Assembly (NCBI GenBank): GCA_050013415.1
Contig: JBEKFH010000001.1
Coordinates: 5,936-69,935, forward strand
Direction: 5' to 3'
Origin: Streptosporangiaceae bacterium
GTDB taxonomy: Bacteria > Actinomycetota > Actinomycetes > Streptosporangiales > Streptosporangiaceae
DNA length: 64,000 nucleotides
Position 1 is the stretch's first letter, and the number at the start of each line of letters is the position of its first letter. This document shows, piece after piece, positions 25,921 to 34,314 of this stretch. The translations under genes were made by a program, and so were the position numbers. The notes below the pieces were generated by a model, which was given only the letters and a program-made list of their open reading frames with translations, was not told the origin of the DNA and did not search any database.

Positions 25921-26202
25921 CTACGACGGCCGGGAGTGGCCGGCGACGAACGTCGCCAGGTCCCCGACCGTCCGCATCTGGTCCTGGTCCATCAGCTCGA
26001 CGTCGATAAGGATCATGAGCTGGTCTTCCAGCTCGAGCAGTAGCTCGAGCCCGAACGTGGAGCTGAGCCCGAGTTCCTCCATCAGGCGCATGTCCTCGGT
26101 GACCGGCTCGGCGCGATCCAGCAGCCGGGCCAGCACCGCGGTCATCGCGCTGACCACCTGCCGCCGGAACTCAGCGTCCAGGCCGGTGTCCTGTGCTGCC
26201 AT
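25921..26202 (-). CDS. Acyl carrier protein
   Basis: 93 aa with the carrier motif EELGLSSTFGLELL. AAGGAGG lies before ATG 26202. Confidence 0.8.
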   Translation of the reverse strand: MAAQDTGLDAEFRRQVVSAMTAVLARLLDRAEPVTEDMRLMEELGLSSTFGLELLLELEDQLMILIDVELMDQDQMRTVGDLATFVAGHSRPS

Positions 26203-26226
26203 ATCGCGCCTCCTTGGCTTGCCCGG

Positions 26227-27195
26227 TCAGTGCTCGAACACCATCGCCGCGAACGTCGCCCCGCCGCCGGCGCCGACCGCGGCGGCGAGGTAGCGGTCGC
26301 CCGGCCGCAGCAGGCCACGCTCGCATGCGGTCGCGTAATTGGCGAACACATCCGCGCAGAAAACGTGGCCGCTGGCAGGAATATTGTCCAGCACCACCCG
26401 GTCGAGCGGGAACTTGAGCAGCAGGCACATGCGCTGCCAGGTGACCATGTTGACGTTGTGCGGCAGCACGACGCGGATGTCATCGAGAGTCAGGCCCGCC
26501 TCGTCCAGGGCCCGCAGCATCACCTCAGCCAGCGAGGGCCGGTACTCGCGCTGCAGCCGCGCGTCATTCTCGCCCGTGGCGCTGTCGAACTCGCCCCGCA
26601 CGTTGCACGCGTACGCCAGCAGCCGGTCGCGCGCGCCGAACGCGCTGACCAGGCACGCGGACGCGCCCTCGCCGAAGACGGTCGTGTCAGCGAACACCTC
26701 GGCATCGCGGGTGAACGCCTTCTCGCCGGCCAGGATGAGCGCGAGCGGCCCAGCATGGCCGTCCGGCCGTCCCGCGGGGCCGGCGTCGGCGGCCAGTGCG
26801 TCGGCGGCGAGCAGCCGGCCGGCGATGTCGATCGCCAGCAGGCCGCCGGCGCACGACTGGTGCGTGACGGTGAACGCGAGCGCGTGGTCAAGCCCGAGCG
26901 CGCCGCAGACCTCGTGCAAGGGGTTGACCGGGTACGGCGCGACCACGGGCATCGTCCGCGCCCACAGGACGTACCGGACGCGGTGCTCCTGGCCGCGGAG
27001 CGCATCCAGCCCGGCGGCGGCCTTCAGCAGCAGGCCGGACAGGGACACGTCCGGGTCGCGGCCGACTTCGCTCAGCCCGTGGAACCGCCGGAAGAGCTTG
27101 ACCTGCATGCCGGTCAGGCCAAGCGGGCCGGCCAGGCTCTCGATGGATATCCGGGCCGGCGGCAGGTACACCGATACCGCCTCCAGCGCGGTCAT
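26227..27195 (-). CDS. KASIII (FabH-like) 3-oxoacyl-ACP synthase / acyltransferase
   Basis: 322 aa. Active-site Cys in HQSCAGGLLAI, a His/Asn region at VLPHNVNMV, and the C-terminal GGGATFAAMVFEH. Confidence 0.8.
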   Translation of the reverse strand: MTALEAVSVYLPPARISIESLAGPLGLTGMQVKLFRRFHGLSEVGRDPDVSLSGLLLKAAAGLDALRGQEHRVRYVLWARTMPVVAPYPVNPLHEVCGALGLDHALAFTVTHQSCAGGLLAIDIAGRLLAADALAADAGPAGRPDGHAGPLALILAGEKAFTRDAEVFADTTVFGEGASACLVSAFGARDRLLAYACNVRGEFDSATGENDARLQREYRPSLAEVMLRALDEAGLTLDDIRVVLPHNVNMVTWQRMCLLLKFPLDRVVLDNIPASGHVFCADVFANYATACERGLLRPGDRYLAAAVGAGGGATFAAMVFEH

Positions 27196-27249
27196 GCTGC
27201 CACCGCATCAGGGCCCGTCGGGAATGTCAATGTATGCCACGATAATGGC

Positions 27250-28395
27250 GTGGCACGGTTCCTTTTCGTCATCGTCCCTGTGGTGGCCCGCGTCTGGCCG
27301 GCCGTGGCCATCGGCGAGGCGCTGGCCGCCGCCGGCCACGACGTGGCCTGGTGCGGGCCCGAGAGTGACCTGCGGCCGCTGGTCGGACCGGACGTGACGA
27401 TCTACCCGACTGGCAAGCGCTCCTACCGCGAGATCGCCCCTGCGGGAATGGCCGCGGTGCGGGAATTGTGGGACGAGTACGTGCTGCCGCTCAACCGGTT
27501 CATCCGGGGCCCGGTGGACCGCGCCGTCGCGGAGTACCAGCCCGACGTCGTGCTCGCTGACCAGTACGCGCTGGCCGGCGCCCTGGCGGCGCACAAGAAC
27601 AAGGTGGCCTGGGCGACCCTGTGCGCCGGCATCCTCGAGCTCACTCCGCCGGCCGGGGATCCCGGCCTGCAGGACTGGGTCCGCTCAAAGCTCGCGCAGG
27701 CGTGGCAGGACGCCGGCCTGCCCGCCGACGACAGCATCGACCTGCGCTTCTCGCCCTACCTGGTGATCGCGACAACTACCCGGGCGCTGACCGGCACGGC
27801 GCCCATGCCGCAGCACTGCGTGCTGATCGGGGCCGCGCTGGGCCCGCGGCGCACCGACCCCGGCTTCCGCTGGGACTGGTGGGATCCCGGCCAGCGGCAT
27901 GTGCTGGTCACGGCCGGCACCTTGTCCGCGCACCTAGTGAACGGCTTCATTGCGCGGATGATGGCGGCGCTGGAGCCGATGGGCGGCCGGGTGCAGGTGG
28001 TGCTCAATGCCGCCGCGGATACGATGCCCGATCCGCCGCCGCACGTGCTGGTCGCGCCGCGGGTCCCGATGCTGGATCTGATGCCGCGCCTTGACGCGGT
28101 GATCTGCCAGGCCGGGCAAAGCACGGTCAACGAGGCCCTCCTGAACGGCGTGCCGCTGGTCGTCGCGCCGATCCGGCTGCACGAGCGGACCGTGGCTGAG
28201 CAGGTGACGCGAGCGGGGGCTGGCATCGCGGTCTCCTTCACCGGCGCGACCCCGGCACAGCTCGCCGCTGCCGTGACGGCCGTCCTGGACGAGCCGGGCT
28301 ACCGCGAGAGCGCGCGCCGGATCGGCGCGGAGTTCGCCGCTGCCGGGGGCACTGGCGCCGCAGCCGCGCAGCTGATCGCGCTGGCCGCCGGCTGA
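27250..28395 (+). CDS. Family 1 glycosyltransferase (MGT/UDP-glycosyltransferase type)
   Basis: 381 aa from GTG 27250 (VARFLFVIVPVVARVWPAVAIGEALAAAGHDV). C-terminal donor-binding block: VICQAGQSTVNEALLNGVPLVVAP...ER. The upstream 340 aa of ORF 26230-28395 are antisense to KASIII. Confidence 0.8.
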   Translation: MARFLFVIVPVVARVWPAVAIGEALAAAGHDVAWCGPESDLRPLVGPDVTIYPTGKRSYREIAPAGMAAVRELWDEYVLPLNRFIRGPVDRAVAEYQPDVVLADQYALAGALAAHKNKVAWATLCAGILELTPPAGDPGLQDWVRSKLAQAWQDAGLPADDSIDLRFSPYLVIATTTRALTGTAPMPQHCVLIGAALGPRRTDPGFRWDWWDPGQRHVLVTAGTLSAHLVNGFIARMMAALEPMGGRVQVVLNAAADTMPDPPPHVLVAPRVPMLDLMPRLDAVICQAGQSTVNEALLNGVPLVVAPIRLHERTVAEQVTRAGAGIAVSFTGATPAQLAAAVTAVLDEPGYRESARRIGAEFAAAGGTGAAAAQLIALAAG

Positions 28396-28418
28396 TCCGG
28401 GCGATGGGCCAGTTGTAC

Positions 28419-28473
28419 CGGTAGCAGGCCTCTTTTAGCGGTAGCAGGCCTCTTTTAGCGGTAGCAGGCCTCG
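28419..28473. repeat. Intergenic tandem repeat, 20-bp unit x 2.75 (cggtagcaggcctcttttag)
   Basis: Units at 28419-28438 and 28439-28458, plus a partial unit at 28459-28473. The array lies between the GT stop (28395) and the SARP start (28578). Confidence 0.9.
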
Positions 28474-28577
28474 ATCGCGACCCGCACGGTGAACAGGGCG
28501 ACGACGGGCAGCAGCATGGCCCGGGCCGGCCGGCTGGTCGAGCGGAGCGGGCGGCTGCGCGCTCCTAGACTGGGCAG

Positions 28578-31500
28578 GTGAGCATCGCCCTGACCCTGCT
28601 TGCGGATGTGTGCTGGCGGGGGCGACCGGTCGCGGGCGATCGCCCGCAGGCGCTGCTTGCTGCGCTGGCGGCGCGCGATTGCCGACCAGTGCGGCCGGAA
28701 GAGCTGATCGGGCTCGTCTGGGGAGACGACGCGCCGACCAATGGCCTGAAGAGCCTGCAGGTGCTGGTGTCGCGGGCCAGGAACGCTTGCGGTGCTGATG
28801 CCATCGTCCGGGCAGGCGCCGGGTACCGGCTGGGCGCCGCGCCGGGAGAGGTCGACAGCGGCAGGCTTGCGGAGCTCGTTCGCGCCGCCGCGGCCGAGCT
28901 TGACCGGGACGCGGCGGCCGCCGAAGGGCTGGCGAGGGAGGCCCTGGCGCTGACGGCCGGCCTGTCCGGGACCGCTGACGGGGACGACGGGCCGCTGGCG
29001 GAGGTCCGGCGGGCCGCGGCCGCGGATGCAGCCACCGCGCGGGTGGTCCTGGCCCGGGCGTTGAGCCGGGCGGGTGCGCACGCGGCCGCTCTGCCGCTGC
29101 TCGAGGCAGCGCACGCGCAGTCGTCCCATGACGAGGCGGTGCTGGCGGATCTGCTGCGCAGCGAGGCCGCTGTCAGCGGCCCGGCAGTAGCGCTCGAGCG
29201 TTTCGAGCGGTATCGCCGGGATCTGCGCGACCGGCTCGGCGCGGATCCCGGTGAGCTGCTGCAGCGCACGTACCGGAGACTGCTGGCACTCGACCGCCCG
29301 GTCCGCCGCGGGGTGCGCTATGACGCGACCGAGCTGATCGGCCGGGAGCGCGACCTGTCACAGCTGCGTGCGCTGATGGCCAGTGCGCGGGTGGTGTCCA
29401 TCGTCGGCGCAGGCGGCCTGGGCAAGACGCGGCTGGCGCACGCGCTCGCCCGGGACGCGGCGCAGCCGGTGGTGCACTTCGTCGAGCTGGCCGGCGTCAC
29501 CGCGGCCGAGGATGTCGCGGTCGAAGTCGGTTCCGTCCTCGCCGTCCGCGACTCGGTCAGCGGCCGCCGTGCCCTGACGGCCGAGCAGCGGGCCGATATC
29601 AGGGCGCGGATCGCACAGCGGCTTGCGCAGTCCCCGAGCCTGCTGGTGCTCGACAACTGCGAGCACCTGATCGAGGCGGCCGCGGAGCTCACCGCCTTCC
29701 TGGTCTGGGCTGCACCCGATCTGCAGGTGCTTACTACCAGCCGCGCTCCGCTGGCGATCGCCGCCGAGCGCGTCTACCCGCTCGGTGAACTGCGGACAGG
29801 CGACGCGGCGCAGCTGTTCCGCGAGCGGGCGGTCGCTGCGCGGCCGAGCGTCCGTCTCGCCGAGCAGGCCGTGGCCAGTATCGTCAGCCGGCTGGACGGC
29901 CTGCCGCTGGCGATCGAGCTCGCTGCTGCGCGGGTACGCGCCATGTCGGTCGAGGAGATCGACCGCCGCCTCGGGGACCGGTTCGCGTTGCTGCGCGGCG
30001 GCGACCGAAGTGCTCCCGACCGGCACCAGACCCTGCTCGCGGTTATCGAGTGGTCCTGGAACCTGCTGGACGCTGGCCAGCAGCGCGCGCTGCGGCGGCT
30101 GGCGCTGTTCCATGACGGTTTCACGCTTGAGGCGGCGGAGACCGTGCTCGGCGCCAGTGCATTCGACGCGGTCCGCGGCCTCGTCAGCCAGTCGCTGCTA
30201 AACGTCAGGGAAACCCCGGCCGGGATCCGCTACCGGATGCTGGAAACGGTGCGCGAGTTCGGCCGGCTGCAGCTCGCGGCGGCCGGGGAGGAGTCCAGTG
30301 CCCGCGCCGCCCAGCGCAGCTGGGCCGTCGGCTACGCGTCCGCCCATCAGGCGGGCATAACAAGCGCCGGCCAGTTCGCGGCGATCGACGCGCTCAGCGC
30401 CGAGGAGACCAACCTGGCCGACGAACTGCGCGGCGCGATCGCCGACGAGGACCGCGACTCTCTCGTGCGGCTGCTCGCCGCGCTCGGGCTGTTCTGGATG
30501 ATGCGCGGCGAGCACCTCCGGCTGATCGTCCTGGCCGGGGCGGTCGCCGAGGCGGTCCGTGGCTGGGTGCCGCCGCCCGATCTGGCGAACGCCGCCCGGG
30601 CAGCGGCTGCGATCACCCTCAACAACGCGATGATGATGGGGGCCAGCGAGGCTGACGGGCCGCTGATGGTCCTGCTGCGCAAGGTGGGCCCCGATCCGGG
30701 CGGCGATGGGCACCTCTCGGGCCTGGTCCGGGTGCTGCTCGCCTGCGACTCGGCCGGGACCGGCAGTTTTCCGCGCCGGCTCGCGGAGCTCGCCGCCGAC
30801 GCCGACCGGCGCACGGCGGCCGCTGCCAGCCAGTGGCTTGGTCACGAGCGCGAGAACGCCGGCGATCCGGCAGGCGCGATCGAGGCCGCCCAGCGCGTGC
30901 TGGCCCTGGTCCGCGACGAGGACGGCCCGTGGTCTCGCGCTATGCCGCACGGCCTGCTGGCCGAGCTGACCATGCAGGTCGGTGACTACGCGGCGGCGGT
31001 CGAGCATGCCCTGACAGCGCTGCCGGTGATGCAGCGGATCGGCGCGAGTGATGACGAGCGGCAGCTGCGCACTCTGATGGTGTTCTGCGCGATCGGCGAG
31101 GGGCGTCTCGCGGACGCGGCGGAGGAACTCGGCCGGATGGAGCAGATCGATTCGAGCGCCACGGCCTTCGGCTGGGCCGCCTTCCGGCTGGTAGGCCGGG
31201 CCGAACTGGCGCTCGCCTCAGGTGACCCAGGTGCGGGCCTGAAGCTGTACCGGGAGGGCTCGGCCTGGATGCGCGAGGTGCAGCTGCCAGGAGTCGGCCG
31301 CACCGGCACGGAGCCGTGGGCACTGTTCGGTGAAGCGCTGGAGCTGAGCGCACTGGCCCGCTACGCGGCAGGCGATGATGTCGCGCACGGGGAAGCTCTG
31401 TTCCGCGTCTGCCGGACGGGCGCGCTGCGGGTGATGACCTCCGATAACCCGCACCTTGACTATCCCGCATCGGGACTGGTGCTGTTCGCTCTGGGGGCGT

Positions 31501-31733
31501 GGAGCCTGCTGCGCCGGGCCGCGCCGGCCGAGGACGCGCTGCGGCTGCTCGCCCTCGCCGACCTGTTCGCCTATAACCGCATGGTGCCCACGATGCGGTG
31601 GGAGCGGATCACGCCCGAGGCCGAGGCAGCGGCGCCTGGCCTGCTCGCCCGGCTGCAGGCCGAGTACCGTGACTGCCCGCAACCGGGCCTGCTGGCACAG
31701 GCCCGGCTCGCGGTCGAGCGGCTTCCCGGCTGA
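28578..31733 (+). CDS. SARP/AfsR-type regulator (winged-helix DNA-binding + BTAD + NB-ARC ATPase + TPR-like C-terminus)
   Basis: 1051 aa. N-terminal ELIGLVWGDDAPTNGLKSLQVLVSRAR, the BTAD-like block ALERFERYRRDLRDRLGADPG, and the P-loop GAGGLGKTRLA. Confidence 0.8.
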   Translation: MSIALTLLADVCWRGRPVAGDRPQALLAALAARDCRPVRPEELIGLVWGDDAPTNGLKSLQVLVSRARNACGADAIVRAGAGYRLGAAPGEVDSGRLAELVRAAAAELDRDAAAAEGLAREALALTAGLSGTADGDDGPLAEVRRAAAADAATARVVLARALSRAGAHAAALPLLEAAHAQSSHDEAVLADLLRSEAAVSGPAVALERFERYRRDLRDRLGADPGELLQRTYRRLLALDRPVRRGVRYDATELIGRERDLSQLRALMASARVVSIVGAGGLGKTRLAHALARDAAQPVVHFVELAGVTAAEDVAVEVGSVLAVRDSVSGRRALTAEQRADIRARIAQRLAQSPSLLVLDNCEHLIEAAAELTAFLVWAAPDLQVLTTSRAPLAIAAERVYPLGELRTGDAAQLFRERAVAARPSVRLAEQAVASIVSRLDGLPLAIELAAARVRAMSVEEIDRRLGDRFALLRGGDRSAPDRHQTLLAVIEWSWNLLDAGQQRALRRLALFHDGFTLEAAETVLGASAFDAVRGLVSQSLLNVRETPAGIRYRMLETVREFGRLQLAAAGEESSARAAQRSWAVGYASAHQAGITSAGQFAAIDALSAEETNLADELRGAIADEDRDSLVRLLAALGLFWMMRGEHLRLIVLAGAVAEAVRGWVPPPDLANAARAAAAITLNNAMMMGASEADGPLMVLLRKVGPDPGGDGHLSGLVRVLLACDSAGTGSFPRRLAELAADADRRTAAAASQWLGHERENAGDPAGAIEAAQRVLALVRDEDGPWSRAMPHGLLAELTMQVGDYAAAVEHALTALPVMQRIGASDDERQLRTLMVFCAIGEGRLADAAEELGRMEQIDSSATAFGWAAFRLVGRAELALASGDPGAGLKLYREGSAWMREVQLPGVGRTGTEPWALFGEALELSALARYAAGDDVAHGEALFRVCRTGALRVMTSDNPHLDYPASGLVLFALGAWSLLRRAAPAEDALRLLALADLFAYNRMVPTMRWERITPEAEAAAPGLLARLQAEYRDCPQPGLLAQARLAVERLPG

Positions 31734-31799
31734 TGGCGGCGGCCCCGCCGGGATCGGCAGGCCCGATGAGATGCGCGGGCCCGCCGAGGTCAGGGGGCG

Positions 31800-32657
31800 C
31801 TACATGCGCCGCCGGTAGCTCCGCACCGACAGCGGCGCGAAGACCGCGATCACCGCCAGGCATGCGAGCAGCGTCCAGCCCGCCTCGCCGGTGACGACGC
31901 CGTGGTCAGCCAGGGCGCGGGTGGCGGACACCAGGTGCGAGACCGGATTGATCTTGACGAACCCCTGCAGCCAGCCCGGCAGGGTGGTCACCGGCACGAA
32001 CGCGTTGGACAGGAACGTGAGCGGGAACAGGAACAGGAACGAGATGCCCTGCACACTCCGGGCGCTCTTGGCGATGGTACCGATGAAGGTGAAGATCCAG
32101 GCCAGCGCCCAGCCGGTGAAGATCGCCAGCACGATCGCGCCGAGCACGCCGAGGACGCCCCCGCCCGGACGATAACCGATGATCACGCCCATCACGAACG
32201 TCAGGCCGGCCGCGATCAGGTAACGCACCAGGTCCGCGACCATCGGGCCGGCCAGCGGGGCGATCCGGGCCATCGGCAGCGCCTTGAACCGGTCGAAGAC
32301 CCCTTTCTCCATGTCCTCGCGCAGCTGCACGCCGGTGGACATGCAGGTGGTCAGCACGGTCTGGGCGACGATGCCGGGGATCAGCAGCGGCAGGTAGCTG
32401 TGCACGTTGCCGGAGATCGCGCCGCCGAAGATATAGGCGAACATCGCGGTGAACAGCAGTGGCTGCAGTGTGACGTCGAAGAACTGCTCCGGGTTGCGCC
32501 GCATCTTCTTCAGCGCGCGCCAGGCCATGATCAGCGTCTGGCTGATCGTCTCGGCACCGGTGGTGCGCGGGCGAGTGCGGGCAACGGCGGCGGCCGGGTC
32601 GACGGTGCGAAGCTGCGCGTTACCGGCGGGCGGCAAGCCCGCGGTCATGGTAGTCAC
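31800..32657 (-). CDS. ABC-2 type transporter permease (DrrB-like)
   Basis: 285 aa, multi-pass hydrophobic. GTGA overlap with the upstream ATPase stop. Confidence 0.75.
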   Translation of the reverse strand: MTTMTAGLPPAGNAQLRTVDPAAAVARTRPRTTGAETISQTLIMAWRALKKMRRNPEQFFDVTLQPLLFTAMFAYIFGGAISGNVHSYLPLLIPGIVAQTVLTTCMSTGVQLREDMEKGVFDRFKALPMARIAPLAGPMVADLVRYLIAAGLTFVMGVIIGYRPGGGVLGVLGAIVLAIFTGWALAWIFTFIGTIAKSARSVQGISFLFLFPLTFLSNAFVPVTTLPGWLQGFVKINPVSHLVSATRALADHGVVTGEAGWTLLACLAVIAVFAPLSVRSYRRRM

Positions 32658-33718
32658 TGGACCTCCAGAACGGTCTCGTGGCCGGCGTCGGCCTCGGACG
32701 TACCTGTTCCGGCCGGGTGCGGATCGTCTCCGTCTCCGGCGCCGGTGATGGCGCCGCGGCCGGTGATGGCGAAGAAGACCTCGTCGAGGGTCGGCTTGTC
32801 CACATTCACCGAGGTGATTGCCACTCCCGCCTGCCGGAACCCGATCAGCACGTCGGCAGCCCGGTCGGCGGTGTCAAGCGGCACGTTCATCCGCCCCGAC
32901 TCGGGCGTCAGGACGGGCTCGGCGCCTGCGATCTTCCGGACGACCTGCACGGCGAGTTCCTGATCGGCGCCCTCAGCCAGCTGCACCTGCAGCGTCGAGT
33001 TGCCGACCGACGCCTTCAGCTCGTCGGGTGTGCCCTCGGCCACCTTGCGGCCCCGGTCGATCACCGCGATCCGCCCGGCGAGCTGGTCCGCCTCGTCGAG
33101 GTACTGGGTGGTGAGCAGGACCGTGCAGCCCTCGGCCACCAGGCCGCGGATCGTGTCCCACATCTGCCCGCGGGTGCGCGGGTCAAGACCAGTGGTTGGC
33201 TCGTCCAGGAAAATCAGCGGCGGCCGGGTGATGAGGCTTGCCGCGAGGTCGAGCCGGCGGCGCATCCCGCCGGAGAACTGCGCGATCGGCTTGTCGGCCG
33301 CTTCCTCCAGGTCGAACTGTGCCAGCAGCCGCCGGGCGGCTGCGCGCGCGTCGGCCGACCGCAGGCCCTGGAGACGGCCGAACATCCACAGGTTCTCGGT
33401 GGCGGTCAGGTCCTCGTCCACCGAGGCGAACTGGCCGGTGACGCCGATCAGCTGGCGGACGCGGTGCGGTTCGCGGGCCACGTCCACGCCGAATATGCGG
33501 GCCTGCCCGGCATCGATGGGCAGTAGCGTGGCGAGCATCTGCAGGGCTGTCGTCTTCCCCGCGCCATTGGGCCCGAGGACCCCGAAGATCTCGCCCTGCT
33601 GTACCTGAAGGTCGATTCCGTCGACCGCGCGGAGCCGGCCGAAGGCCTTGACCAGGCCGACCGCGTCAACGGCTGTTATATCTGTCATACCGAGCACGCT
33701 AAGCGGCCACGGTTTCAC
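32654..33718 (-). CDS. ABC transporter ATP-binding protein (DrrA-like)
   Basis: Walker A GPNGAGKTT, signature FSGGMRRRLDLA and Walker B LIFLDEPTTGLD. An alternative start is ATG 33688. Confidence 0.85.
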   Translation of the reverse strand: MKPWPLSVLGMTDITAVDAVGLVKAFGRLRAVDGIDLQVQQGEIFGVLGPNGAGKTTALQMLATLLPIDAGQARIFGVDVAREPHRVRQLIGVTGQFASVDEDLTATENLWMFGRLQGLRSADARAAARRLLAQFDLEEAADKPIAQFSGGMRRRLDLAASLITRPPLIFLDEPTTGLDPRTRGQMWDTIRGLVAEGCTVLLTTQYLDEADQLAGRIAVIDRGRKVAEGTPDELKASVGNSTLQVQLAEGADQELAVQVVRKIAGAEPVLTPESGRMNVPLDTADRAADVLIGFRQAGVAITSVNVDKPTLDEVFFAITGRGAITGAGDGDDPHPAGTGTSEADAGHETVLEVQ

Positions 33719-33897
33719 CGCGGCTACACGGCGGTATCACCGGCTGTCATGGCCGCCGTTCGGTCGGTGACCCCTGATGAAGCGCGTGATCGCCTCGTCG
33801 ACGAGGGCGTCGCCCTGAAGCCTCCGACGTTCGAGGTGGCGCCGAGCCGGCCGACTGTAGCGTCCCAGACCTTGAATGCGCCCGTCTGCGCCCTCGG

Positions 33898-34272
33898 CAC
33901 CTCATCGCCCAGCGGATTCTCGGAGAGCTCTGGGACAGCCGTGACGGCAGCCTGAGTACCCAGGTCCTACACGAGTTCTACGCGGTCGCCACCCGCACGC
34001 TCACCCCCGCCATGCCCCGGCGCGTGGCCCGCGGGCTGGTCGCCGCCTACGGCGAGTGGTGCGACGTCGCGACCGAACCCCAGCTGATCGTGGCGGCCAG
34101 CCGCCTTGAAGAATCCCGCACCCTGGCCTTCCGGGATGCCCTCGTCGTGGCGGCTGCATTGCGTGCGGGCGCCGGCCTTTTCCTCTCGGAGGATCTGCAG
34201 GACGGCCGCCAATTCGGGCCGCTCTCGGTGGCGAACCCGTTCACCAGGGCTAGCGACCCGAATGGTCGCTAG
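33898..34272 (+). pseudogene. PIN-domain (VapC-like) toxin remnant lacking its N-terminus
   Basis: The frame of ORF 34012-34272 extended upstream reads ...LSTQVLHEFYAVATRT...FRDALVVAAALRAGAGLFLSEDLQDG, which is the middle and C-terminal part of a PIN domain. Further upstream the same frame is junk back to a stop at 33787. I see no DTxVL-type N-terminus, no RBS and no antitoxin gene. Confidence 0.4.
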
Positions 34273-34314
34273 GCGGGCCGGCCGGCCTAGGCTAGCATCG
34301 GAATATCCCGAATT

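Noticed and set aside
26230-27249. N-terminal 340 aa of the 721-aa ORF 26230-28395
   Set aside because: This part is antisense to the well-supported KASIII gene. Glycosyltransferase-like sequence only begins at GTG 27250.
33749-33955. 68-aa ORF considered as the antitoxin or the missing N-terminus of the PIN remnant
   Set aside because: The sequence has no antitoxin-like (RHH/AbrB/Phd) or PIN N-terminal features. It is probably non-coding.
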